Virus record (IMG/VR): IMGVR_UViG_3300024254_000008
Span: 4,191 to 68,190 of that record
From: a virus
Lineage: Duplodnaviria > Caudoviricetes
Length of the DNA: 64,000 nt
Direction: 5' to 3' (one strand)
Below the pieces are notes generated by a model. That model saw only the letters and a list, made by a program, of their open reading frames with translations, did no database searches and was not told the DNA's origin. This document shows, in pieces, positions 56,305 to 64,000 of this stretch; within the stretch, counting starts at the first letter, position 1; each line of letters starts with the position of its first letter. Made by a program: the position numbers and the translations under genes.

Positions 56305-56928
56305 TTATTCTAGCGGGATTGTCAATGGTCTAACTAATCTTGCACCTCTATCGCCGCGCCAATGGCGCATGCGCAAGGTATCGAGTCGAATGCCGTACGC
56401 TTCGGCGGCTGCCATAAGTGTCATCTTGCCTTTGGGAGTTTTAACCCTGACCGTGTTTTGCTTGTTCGCAGCCTGTTGGTCGTTCGTTTCCCATCGGCAG
56501 TTTCGCGGCGTGTAATTTCCATCATTGTTCTTTCGACCAATCGAAAGGCCGGTTTGCCACGTTGGCAGCATATCGTCGCGAAAGTTAGAGAACTTGAGCC
56601 AGCGCCGACAAACTTTGATGCCGCGCGCTCCATAGTTTTTGTAACTCGGATTATTTGGATTGAAGCAAAAAGCACGCATTCGCAGCCATGCTGTATAGAC
56701 AGGATGCTGAGCGCCGTTGTGTCCAACCTTGCTCCCCATGCCGTGTGTCGTGTTTCGTGCGCTCGTAACTTCGGACACTAAACAGCCGCAACTCTTGCTG
56801 TTGCCTTGCAGCAGATGCCCGACCCAAACGGCTTTTTGAGCCCCACAATCACAACAGCAGAGCCATTGCTTGCCGCCATTCGTTGGGCGAAGAGTCGTCC
56901 AACGATGAAAGGTCTGTCCCGCAATCAT
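56305..56928 (-). CDS. HNH-like homing endonuclease
   Basis: WLCCCDCG..SKSCGC..YGARGIKVC.RW..SIGRKNNDGNYTPRNCRW. Confidence 0.85.
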   Translation of the reverse strand: MIAGQTFHRWTTLRPTNGGKQWLCCCDCGAQKAVWVGHLLQGNSKSCGCLVSEVTSARNTTHGMGSKVGHNGAQHPVYTAWLRMRAFCFNPNNPSYKNYGARGIKVCRRWLKFSNFRDDMLPTWQTGLSIGRKNNDGNYTPRNCRWETNDQQAANKQNTVRVKTPKGKMTLMAAAEAYGIRLDTLRMRHWRGDRGARLVRPLTIPLE

Positions 56929-56935
56929 TATTGCC

Positions 56936-58045
56936 TCATGCTGTCGCGGTCCGAATCATATTACCCCAGCCAAACCGCCTTGCACAGATCGGTCCTACCG
57001 ATGACATAACAGACACGGGGTCTGTAAGCAACCGTCTGCAACATGCACAGTGGCCAGTATCTTGCCCATGAGTGCGCGCGGCGGCCTGCGGATCGGATGC
57101 ACAGCCCCGGAATGCAGCAATATCGTTCGCGGTCAAAATCGCGTTTGGCGATTTGTGGAACAGATCGTTCCGGTCAATGTATCCCTTGTATGCTCCCTCA
57201 CGATAGCACAGGATCATGCCCGCGCCGCCGTTCCTGAACATCCGGCCGCTCAATTTGAACGTGACGGCCCCCAAGACCAGCCGCACCTTGCGCAGACCGC
57301 TCGCAGCAGCAGCGTCCATCGCGCGGCGAACGTTGGTTGCCTCGATAAGGAAGATATTGCATCCGGCATCCGCTGCTGATGCGAACGGTGCCGTTTCCAT
57401 CATGCGCTCGGTGCGGATGACGTCGACCATCGATGAAAGCGTCACTTGCGCGCCGTTGCGCACGTCCGACTCGGTGACGGGAACGCCATCGGGAGTCGCG
57501 CCCACGATAGGAGCGGCCGGCCGGACATGGCCATTTGGCTCCCGTATTGCAGTAACGCCTTGCCCATTCGTCATGACGACGGCCCCGTTTTCGGCCCCAC
57601 CAGACACGACGGCCGGTGCAGGCTGTGTCCGTACGTTGCGTTGCACGGAGGCCAATTGGCGGGGCGTTAAGCCGCCATAGCGGCGGCATCCGTTGATGAG
57701 GGATTGGCCAAAGTCGCCCGACGCAGGAGACAGCAGCCAAGCCGCCTCGGCCGGGTAGCGAGTCGCGAAGTCATGCCAGTTGCGGTCCGCGCGGGGCTGA
57801 CGCGACGTGTGACCGGCCGGAGTCGCGCTCAAGTCGCCGCGTTCGTTGGTCGCCAGAGTGGGCGCTGAAATGATCATGCGGGGCACATGGGGATAGCGTG
57901 GATCACGCGGCGCATAGCGTGCGCGCCGCATACCGTTGCAACCAAAGCATGCGCCTACATAAAACGATCCATCACGGCGCGTGCCGTGATACTCACCGGT
58001 CCCATTGCAACGCTGGCAGGTTGAAGTAGCGATTTCTGCTGGCAT
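56936..58045 (-). CDS. Zinc-finger protein with DUF6011-like C-terminus
   Basis: CQRCNGTG..CFGCNG; GHCACCRRLLTDPVS...VGPICA. Confidence 0.75.
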   Translation of the reverse strand: MPAEIATSTCQRCNGTGEYHGTRRDGSFYVGACFGCNGMRRARYAPRDPRYPHVPRMIISAPTLATNERGDLSATPAGHTSRQPRADRNWHDFATRYPAEAAWLLSPASGDFGQSLINGCRRYGGLTPRQLASVQRNVRTQPAPAVVSGGAENGAVVMTNGQGVTAIREPNGHVRPAAPIVGATPDGVPVTESDVRNGAQVTLSSMVDVIRTERMMETAPFASAADAGCNIFLIEATNVRRAMDAAAASGLRKVRLVLGAVTFKLSGRMFRNGGAGMILCYREGAYKGYIDRNDLFHKSPNAILTANDIAAFRGCASDPQAAARTHGQDTGHCACCRRLLTDPVSVMSSVGPICARRFGWGNMIRTATA

Positions 58046-58091
58046 GATTGCCTCCAATGCGGGGCGGAATGGCCCCGTCGCTGTTGTCGGT

Positions 58092-58126
58092 TATTTTGGC
58101 GGAATTATCCAGTCACGGTTTCGTGA
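58092..58126. promoter_or_regulatory. Composite site: 15-bp motif plus TCACG-N4-CGTGA
   Basis: TATTTTGGCGGAATT; AGTCACGGTTTCGTGA identical to 42905-42920. Confidence 0.65.
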
Positions 58127-58131
58127 GTCGA

Positions 58132-58296
58132 TCAATCAATTTGTTCTGACGCATGAAGCAAGCGCCGAATCTCGGTGTACAGATATTCCATGACACGCGG
58201 ATCGTCGTATATCCCATCGTTCACTTCCATGATGCGAATCATTCGAGCCACAATGAGCGGCGTTGCCTTTTCCGGCATAATGATATGCTTTTCCAT
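58132..58296 (-). CDS. Hypothetical protein, 54 aa
   Basis: RBS GGGAGAG. Confidence 0.5.
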   Translation of the reverse strand: MEKHIIMPEKATPLIVARMIRIMEVNDGIYDDPRVMEYLYTEIRRLLHASEQID

Positions 58297-58297
58297 G

Positions 58298-59278
58298 TCA
58301 CTCTCCCTTCGGCGCACGACGCCAGACGTTGTTCTTATCCTTGATCCAAGTCTGGCCGTTCTTTCCGGTGAACGTCGTTCCGGGCGGGTAGGGGCCGTTT
58401 GACGGTCCGGCCGGATCGCCCATGTTGAGCGCGTCGCGAATTTCATCCGGCCGCATGTCCTCGTATCGCTTTGCGCTCGCCGTCTTGTTGTGGCGCTTAC
58501 CGCTCAACATGCGGCCCGTGACCAGCGACTTGTGCGGACCCTGATAGGACGATGCCGTACCGTTGCCTTCGGGGATGAAATCGTCCCTCATGCTGGCCGT
58601 GCCGTTGCCGTTGATGCGGTCCGGAAACGTCGCTTTGTACCAGTCGTCAAAGTCAAAGCGCTTATCGCTGTATGTCGTCGTCGACCAACGCCTCACCTTT
58701 TGGTTCTTCCGGGCGAAGTCCCGCGCATGACGCAAGCGACGCGTATCCATCTGCCAGTCCGTGTAGCCCTGCAGGCAGATGCCATAGTAGCGTTCGGATG
58801 GCGCCTCCGGCTCGTTGTTCCGCTTGATGTAGGTAAAGCATCGCACTGCCTCGCCGTTCAATTCGACAGTGACCAGATAGCGTTCATAGGACCGGCCGAG
58901 TCCCTCGTACCGGTCAAGCGTCGCAATGTCGGCGGCAGTCAGACGATACACGCCAATCGGGACGGTCGCCGCGTCATCCTCAACGATGCCCAAGTGATAG
59001 GCGAACACAAGACGGGCGCTGCGCAAGGTGCCAGCCCCGACAGGATCGGCCATCGGGCAACGGCCCGCCATCTGCTCAAGGGCCAGATTCGATCCGTACG
59101 CCGCATAAGGATAGCGCGCGGCGATATGGTCAGGCGTCTTGTGCGACACGCGCACCCAGCGCAGCGGGATAGCGATAGTCACGGCGTCAGGTGTGGGAAG
59201 GGGCAAGCGTGGACCGATGAAATCGTCCGATGGTCCGCTCGTCTGTTCGTCAATCTGTGGCGTCTTTTCGTTGGCCAT
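58298..59278 (-). CDS. Gamma-glutamylcyclotransferase-like #3 with C-terminal extension
   Basis: YAAYGSNL..QMAGRCP..GVYRLT..LDRYEG..YER. Confidence 0.88.
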   Translation of the reverse strand: MANEKTPQIDEQTSGPSDDFIGPRLPLPTPDAVTIAIPLRWVRVSHKTPDHIAARYPYAAYGSNLALEQMAGRCPMADPVGAGTLRSARLVFAYHLGIVEDDAATVPIGVYRLTAADIATLDRYEGLGRSYERYLVTVELNGEAVRCFTYIKRNNEPEAPSERYYGICLQGYTDWQMDTRRLRHARDFARKNQKVRRWSTTTYSDKRFDFDDWYKATFPDRINGNGTASMRDDFIPEGNGTASSYQGPHKSLVTGRMLSGKRHNKTASAKRYEDMRPDEIRDALNMGDPAGPSNGPYPPGTTFTGKNGQTWIKDKNNVWRRAPKGE

Positions 59279-59318
59279 ATTCGGCTCCTGTTCTGGATTG
59301 ATGGGGGGAAGTGCGCGC

Positions 59319-60497
59319 CTAAGCGGCGCGCACCGCGTTCGGCTCGTCGGACGACTGGAACGTATCGCGACGGTCGTTGCACCATGCCAGCGTTTCGACA
59401 CTCAATCCGGCCGCGAAGTCATAGGCGATGAAATCGCGCGCCATGATGCGGGCCGGCTGTACGACGGGCGCGGGGGCTGGCGTTGGGATCACAACGGCTG
59501 GCATGGTGACGGTGGACGCGGCGAACACGCGCTCGCGTGCGATAGGCAACGCATGCGCGCCGGCCAGCAGATAGACCGGTCCCGCGTCGCTGCGCTGGGT
59601 AATCAAGCCAGCACCATGCCGGCGGAAACCCGTCATGATGCGGCGTAGCACGTTATCAGCAATGCCGTTGGCTTGCGCCCATTGAGCCGTGATCACGCCA
59701 TGTTGGCAGAGTTGATCCATGGCGCGGTCCGCATCACTGCCACGGCGCATCGTGGGAACGCGACCGCCGATGGTTTGGGGAACCAAGACGGGGCGGGGCG
59801 GGGCGACGGGAGGCGGAACGGGGACCGCTCCGAACGTGATGCCAACGGCACGGCGCGCCACTTCGTCGATCATCTCCTGCAGGAAGCGAACCCAGCCGAT
59901 CACCTTGCCCGGATTGCATGTCGCTGCAGCCTGCCGGAATTCGATACGCGCATCGTCGCCCTGCGCGCTGATCCACGCCACGTTCGTGGCGCTGTAGCGC
60001 CCGCTGATGGGGAAACCGTCTTGATTCCGGTCAATGTTCCCAGCCAACGATTGAAAGACTGCCGAACCGAGCGGCTGACAAAAGTTATTGTTGCGCCGGG
60101 ACGGCGGCAACATGGCGTTGATTTGGGGCTGGAGTTGAGCGTAGCGCAGGACGCTCAATTGCCGAACCCGCATCGGCAAATCCGAGACGTTCACATGCAC
60201 ATGAAAGCCACACGACCGATTGACGCCAAAGCGAGCGGTTTCCAGCGCGCCCACGGCGAGAGTGATTTCGTTATAGGATTCCTCGCGGCCGGGAAGGATG
60301 CGCGAAACCACTTCCACGCCACGGTCATACGGCTGTATCGATCCATCCGGCTTGGCCTGCCAAACCTCATACTCGCGACCGAAATGGCTGTTATTACGCA
60401 TCTCGATTCCCGTGGTGCGAACGGTGGCGTTCGCATGAGCGAGTGGTGACTGGCCGGCCGGGGCGACCATTTCAAGCTCAATGCCGAATTTACGCAT
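59319..60497 (-). CDS. Putative amidoligase (COOH-NH2 ligase, Amidoligase_2-like)
   Basis: FGIELE, DGSI, EVVSRIL, SCGFHVHV, RY...N, IEFRQ. Confidence 0.9.
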   Translation of the reverse strand: MRKFGIELEMVAPAGQSPLAHANATVRTTGIEMRNNSHFGREYEVWQAKPDGSIQPYDRGVEVVSRILPGREESYNEITLAVGALETARFGVNRSCGFHVHVNVSDLPMRVRQLSVLRYAQLQPQINAMLPPSRRNNNFCQPLGSAVFQSLAGNIDRNQDGFPISGRYSATNVAWISAQGDDARIEFRQAAATCNPGKVIGWVRFLQEMIDEVARRAVGITFGAVPVPPPVAPPRPVLVPQTIGGRVPTMRRGSDADRAMDQLCQHGVITAQWAQANGIADNVLRRIMTGFRRHGAGLITQRSDAGPVYLLAGAHALPIARERVFAASTVTMPAVVIPTPAPAPVVQPARIMARDFIAYDFAAGLSVETLAWCNDRRDTFQSSDEPNAVRAA

Positions 60498-60774
60498 GGT
60501 CAGACTCCCCTGTGGCAGTGAGAACAGAAACCAGCTTGTCTGCAACAAAGAGCCGAGTCGCTCCGTTCCCGAATCGAACTTGAATGGCTTCTACGCCGAG
60601 CGATTTCATCCGGCGCACTGCCGATATCTTGGCAACGAGCCAAAAGGCTTCTTGCGTTCCTGCGAACATGACGCGGTCATTGCATGTGAGATCGCGCGCC
60701 TTGACGTAGCGATGCGCGTACGTTGGCGATGGCTGCGCGGTGGCGTGATCTTTGGCGGGATTGGCGATGGGCAA
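60490..60774 (-). CDS. Hypothetical protein, first gene of the early block
   Basis: TTG start after AAAGGAG. Confidence 0.5.
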   Translation of the reverse strand: MPIANPAKDHATAQPSPTYAHRYVKARDLTCNDRVMFAGTQEAFWLVAKISAVRRMKSLGVEAIQVRFGNGATRLFVADKLVSVLTATGESDHA

Positions 60775-60845
60775 AGGGACGACTCCTTTGGACGCACGGA
60801 ATTGTGCAAGCCGTTTGTCCCATATCCGGCATCCTGCCACAACAT

Positions 60846-60887
60846 TAAATTGGCGGAAACAGACTGTGATATCTCACGAACGCGTGA
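60846..60887. promoter_or_regulatory. Composite site: 15-bp motif plus TCACG-N4-CGTGA
   Basis: TAAATTGGCGGAAAC (60846-60860); TCACGAACGCGTGA (60874-60887). Confidence 0.6.
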
Positions 60888-61182
60888 ACGGCGCATGCCG
60901 GGGATTGCGCCCGGCATGGATTATACGCAACGCGCGCCCGTGCTTTGTTCCGGCGCTGCGCTAGGGCGGTTTGGATTGGCGCAATTTTATTTCCGCTAAA
61001 ATAGAATCGTCGCTAGGGCCGGAAATCTGACCGTGGGATAGGGTCGGGCGTTTTCCGGTAGGTCCGTGCCAGACGATGACGAGTTTGCAAACGTTCTGGT
61101 TTTTATCCACCGAAAAGGGCGTCAAGTGTATAAGCGATCACAGTTGCGTTACCGCGCCGTTTTGCAGGCCAGCCGCCGGGAC

Positions 61183-61198
61183 TGTTTCACGTGAAACA
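61183..61198. promoter_or_regulatory. parS: parS site 1 (perfect chromosomal consensus)
   Basis: TGTTTCACGTGAAACA. Confidence 0.9.
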
Positions 61199-61242
61199 TC
61201 GCAGCGTGTATATTGGCGGAACACAACGTCACAGAGGATGAC

Positions 61243-61824
61243 ATGCCGGAACAGATTGACCGATTTGCCAACGATCCACGACGGCACTTGCCGAACGACC
61301 TTGAGTCGGTGCAGCGGCGACAGGCCGAGGCGATGGCGCGAGGCGAGCCGTATTACCCGACACCATGGGAATGTCAGGAGATGGGCAAGTGGTGGAACGT
61401 GCCGGAAGATGAGCAGGCCGAATTGATCGCGGCCGAGACGGCCGAGCATCCATGGCAAGAGATCATCGAGCCGAGACTGGCCGAGCGAGGATTATACCAT
61501 GGGCGACAAGACGAGACGCCTGCGCCGTGGGATGGATCACTCGCGGACAGTGCGAATTGGGGAAACATCGTCACCAATGTTCGCATTGGCGTGCTATGGC
61601 TCAAGCTGAATCCGGACAGTCTTGGGCGCGGCACGGCGAACACAAAAGCAATCAGCGCGGTTATGCGAAAGCTCGGCTGGGAGCTTAAAAGAACACGGGT
61701 TGAAGGCATGGCAAGCCGTCCAAACGTGTGGACTCATGTGGAAAGCATTGGGGACGAAATCCGGAATGTAGCAGATAATGTGCGAAATGATAGCCGCACG
61801 GATAATGATGATATTCCTTTTTAG
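61243..61824 (+). CDS. VapE C-terminal (winged-helix) fragment as a separate ORF
   Basis: KWWNVPEDEQ..HPWQEII..AISAVMRKLGWELKRTR..W; ends DDIPF; RBS GAGG. Confidence 0.7.
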   Translation: MPEQIDRFANDPRRHLPNDLESVQRRQAEAMARGEPYYPTPWECQEMGKWWNVPEDEQAELIAAETAEHPWQEIIEPRLAERGLYHGRQDETPAPWDGSLADSANWGNIVTNVRIGVLWLKLNPDSLGRGTANTKAISAVMRKLGWELKRTRVEGMASRPNVWTHVESIGDEIRNVADNVRNDSRTDNDDIPF

Positions 61825-61859
61825 GACGCTGAAATGACTCAATTCGGACATAATTGAGA

Positions 61860-62138
61860 AGGGACAGAATCATTGGGGACGGGATATAGGGACAAATTGG
61901 TGCCCGGTTTATATGGCTGTTCACTCTGTCCACAATGGTCCTAATGAATCTCCAACCTTAGACGCTATGCCACTACCAGCACCGTAATGTATATCCCCTT
62001 AACATGTAGGGATATGTGTGAGTGTGATTCACATGTATATACTGGAGCGACGATTCATTAGGGACATTATGGTCCATTAGGGACATGCAAGCGGGCGTGC
62101 GTTTTACGTGTCCATAATGGCTTGAAGGAGAAGGGACA
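61860..62138. other. Candidate replication origin
   Basis: AT-richer non-coding region; repeated AGGGACA; inverted repeat ATGGTCCTAATGAATC (61935-61950) / GATTCATTAGGGACAT (62052-62067); internal palindromes. Confidence 0.55.
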
Positions 62139-62140
62139 GG

Positions 62141-62776
62141 ATGCCAGCCGTTTATCCACCCATTGCACCGCGCGGACCGTCGAGCGATAGCCCCGCGAAC
62201 GGGGCGCCGTCGCCGAGCGACTCTTTCAACCCGCGCGTGCCGACTGTCTCACGTGAAACATCGGACGACGCTGGACAGGGCCAGCGCCTTGCCGCGCTCG
62301 AACGCGATCCGTCGACGTTCGTTGACGCGCATCATCCGATCCGCGATGCCGTTGCCATCGCCCTACTCAAGCCGGCGGGCGAATTGATCAAGCGTCATGC
62401 CGCGCGCCAACGGATGATGAAAGAGGCAATCAAGGGGCCGCTGGATAGCGATGATCCAACGGAGCGGCCAATGACACTGGCCAATGACGACGGGCTGCCA
62501 GCCATTCTCGCCATGGCCGAGACACAGGTAGCAATGGCGTTGCTCGGCGATGCCAAGGCATTCAATGCCGTCGCTGATCGCGTCGAAGGCAAGGCGGGCC
62601 TACGCAAGGCTGATCTTGATGCCGAGACGGAAGCACAGCGCCAGCGCGTGCGTGGTACGATTGAAGAGCTTGTCCGTGAGATGGGTGAGCGGCGCAATGC
62701 GCAACGGCGCGCCATCGATGCCGACGTTGTGGACGTCGATGTTGTTTCACGTGAAACACTCGGCCGTGAAACGTGA
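62141..62776 (+). CDS. Terminase small subunit-like protein
   Basis: AETQVAMALLGDAKAFNAVADRVEGK helix pair; RBS AAGGAG. Confidence 0.6.
   Translation: MPAVYPPIAPRGPSSDSPANGAPSPSDSFNPRVPTVSRETSDDAGQGQRLAALERDPSTFVDAHHPIRDAVAIALLKPAGELIKRHAARQRMMKEAIKGPLDSDDPTERPMTLANDDGLPAILAMAETQVAMALLGDAKAFNAVADRVEGKAGLRKADLDAETEAQRQRVRGTIEELVREMGERRNAQRRAIDADVVDVDVVSRETLGRET
62245..62260. promoter_or_regulatory. parS: parS site 2 (one mismatch), inside the terS-like gene
   Basis: TGTCTCACGTGAAACA (encodes VSRET). Confidence 0.8.
62743..62758. promoter_or_regulatory. parS: parS site 3 (perfect), inside the terS-like gene
   Basis: TGTTTCACGTGAAACA (encodes VSRET). Confidence 0.9.
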
Positions 62777-63520
62777 CGCCTTGCGCGGCATACCAGTAAT
62801 GGTATGGGTTATGTGACGGTGCGGTATCCCGATACTAACTCATTGTTAAATCACGTTAATATAATTTCCATAATGACGGTTATACGATGATGCGTGCGCG
62901 TGCATGTTGACGCTGTCCACATCGCGCCTTGTCACTGCCTAGATGAGCCTATCCTGCCAGTGTCTAGATGAGCATGGGGGTAGAGCCTTTTGGCGGAATT
63001 TTTTTGTGGGTCCCATATTGGGTCCCCCGCACCTGCGGGCTTGCACCCTGTGTAGACTCGCCGGTCATCTATCCTTGATCTGCTCCAGCGAATCGCTTAG
63101 GGTCCCCTCTATGGCGGCGGCACGGGAGCGAACGTGCGCTTAATGTGATGGTCGAGAGGGTTACTATCGGAGTCCTTGTCCGTTCGTGTGGGTGTTGCCT
63201 GAAACTTGTCCTGCCCCCGCATGCACGACGGAACAGCCCGGCACACTGTCTCGGTTACAGGCAAGGGAAGGTTGGGCGGCGATCACGGCCGAAGGCCCAC
63301 AGTGCCGGGGTAGCGTCCGGTCCGCCATTGATATTGATCTGCGAATTGTTTAGGGTCCCCTTTGGCGGATGGGTATGCACCCAAGCAGACAACAGCCGAG
63401 ATCGTCAAGAGCGGGTAGCCGGGTTTCCTTCACGTGCTGCGGTCCGCGACGCCCAAGGAGGAAATGGCGCACCTCTCCGCCGCACTTGCTATTCTGTCGG
63501 AATCGACGTAGCTTTCCGGC
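62777..63520. other. Long non-coding region, candidate pac / genome-end region
   Basis: No credible ORF; repeated GGGTCCC; T-tract; directly after the terS-like gene. Confidence 0.4.
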
Positions 63521-63721
63521 ATGCCCAACATCTCCAACAAGTACACCGTCGATGTCGACCTGACGCGAAACGACGACGATCTGTGCGACGGCCTGCCGTG
63601 GGACGTCCTCGTGAGGTTTGCCCATATCAAGTGGCTGCTGCAGTACGAGCGGCGCGTCAAAAAGCTGGAAGAGCTCAACGCCTTGATCGCGCGGACGGGG
63701 CTCATCAAGCCGTTTCACTGA
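63521..63721 (+). CDS. Hypothetical protein
   Basis: ATG; coupled to the next ORF by TGATG. Confidence 0.55.
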   Translation: MPNISNKYTVDVDLTRNDDDLCDGLPWDVLVRFAHIKWLLQYERRVKKLEELNALIARTGLIKPFH

Positions 63722-64000
63722 TGACCCGCCACGGCATCGTCATCCCGATCCCCGACCTGACACCGCCGCTGGATTGCCGGGGCGGTCCGGCGTTCTGCGC
63801 TGTGTGCAACGCCGAGATGATCGAGATCGAGGAACTGGCGCTCGGGCTGTCAGCCGGTCATGAACGGCGCATGGCGCATCAGTGCGGTGAGAGCCGGTTT
63901 GTCAGTGCCGACGACTTGAATGCGATCTGGCTGCGCCGGACCTATCAGCGGGCGCAGTTCCGGACCGATGCGATCCGCATGATCAAGCTGCGGGCCAATG
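63721..64000 (+). CDS. Hypothetical Zn-binding protein, truncated by the window end
   Basis: MTRHGIV..CAVCN..HQCG..; open to position 64000. Confidence 0.5.
   Translation, partial: MTRHGIVIPIPDLTPPLDCRGGPAFCAVCNAEMIEIEELALGLSAGHERRMAHQCGESRFVSADDLNAIWLRRTYQRAQFRTDAIRMIKLRAN

Larger units (their letters stand above)
1..64000. mobile_element. Tailed dsDNA bacteriophage genome, near-complete, podovirus-like morphogenesis module
   Basis: Terminase, portal, capsid, tail, ejection, spanin and phage replication genes; no host housekeeping operons; both window ends cut features. Confidence 0.97.

Noticed and set aside
51701-61400. Split intein or trans-splicing to rejoin the VapE halves
   Set aside because: Neither junction peptide has intein N-terminal Cys/Ser blocks or a C-terminal HN motif
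62835-62859. CtrA box (TTAA-N7-TTAA)
   Set aside because: Only CTAA-N7-TTAA and TTAA-N6-TTAA variants in an AT-rich patch; too weak alone
1-64000. Integrase, cI repressor, ParA, RtcB, Pnkp, tmRNA, tape measure protein
   Set aside because: Looked for by motif and none recognised; they could lie outside the window or be too divergent to see by eye

Overview
The window is most of the genome of a tailed dsDNA phage (GC about 60%) with a podovirus-like virion: portal, HK97-fold capsid, adaptor and nozzle, ejection proteins and a beta-helix tail spike, but no tail tube, sheath or tape measure gene. Spanins imply a Gram-negative host, probably an alphaproteobacterium (inference). Layout: (i) 1-4600 RNA/translation cluster with two tRNA-mimicking YrlA-type Y RNAs, a Ro60/TROVE gene, a 68-aa stand-alone GGQ release-factor domain, three tRNAs, a vWA protein and a DNA methyltransferase; (ii) 4647-37320 packaging, lysis, head, tail and ejection genes; (iii) 37322-60800 mostly minus-strand early/replication genes (SNF2 helicase, DGQHR protein, PolA, clamp-like protein, DUF2829/Tad2-like protein, RNA ligase, SSB-like protein, VapE, primase, amidoligase, three GGCTs); (iv) 61000-64000 VapE C-terminal fragment, candidate origin, three chromosomal-type parS sites and a TerS-like gene. 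No integrase, repressor, ParA or endolysin was recognised. Top observations: the Ro60/Y RNA/mini-GGQ unit; a terminase intein whose HNH endonuclease is in the -1 frame behind an A_AAA_AAC slippery site; parS sites flanking the putative origin; and a VapE helicase gene split into two halves about 9.6 kb apart on opposite strands. All family calls are by motif recognition only; no searches were run.
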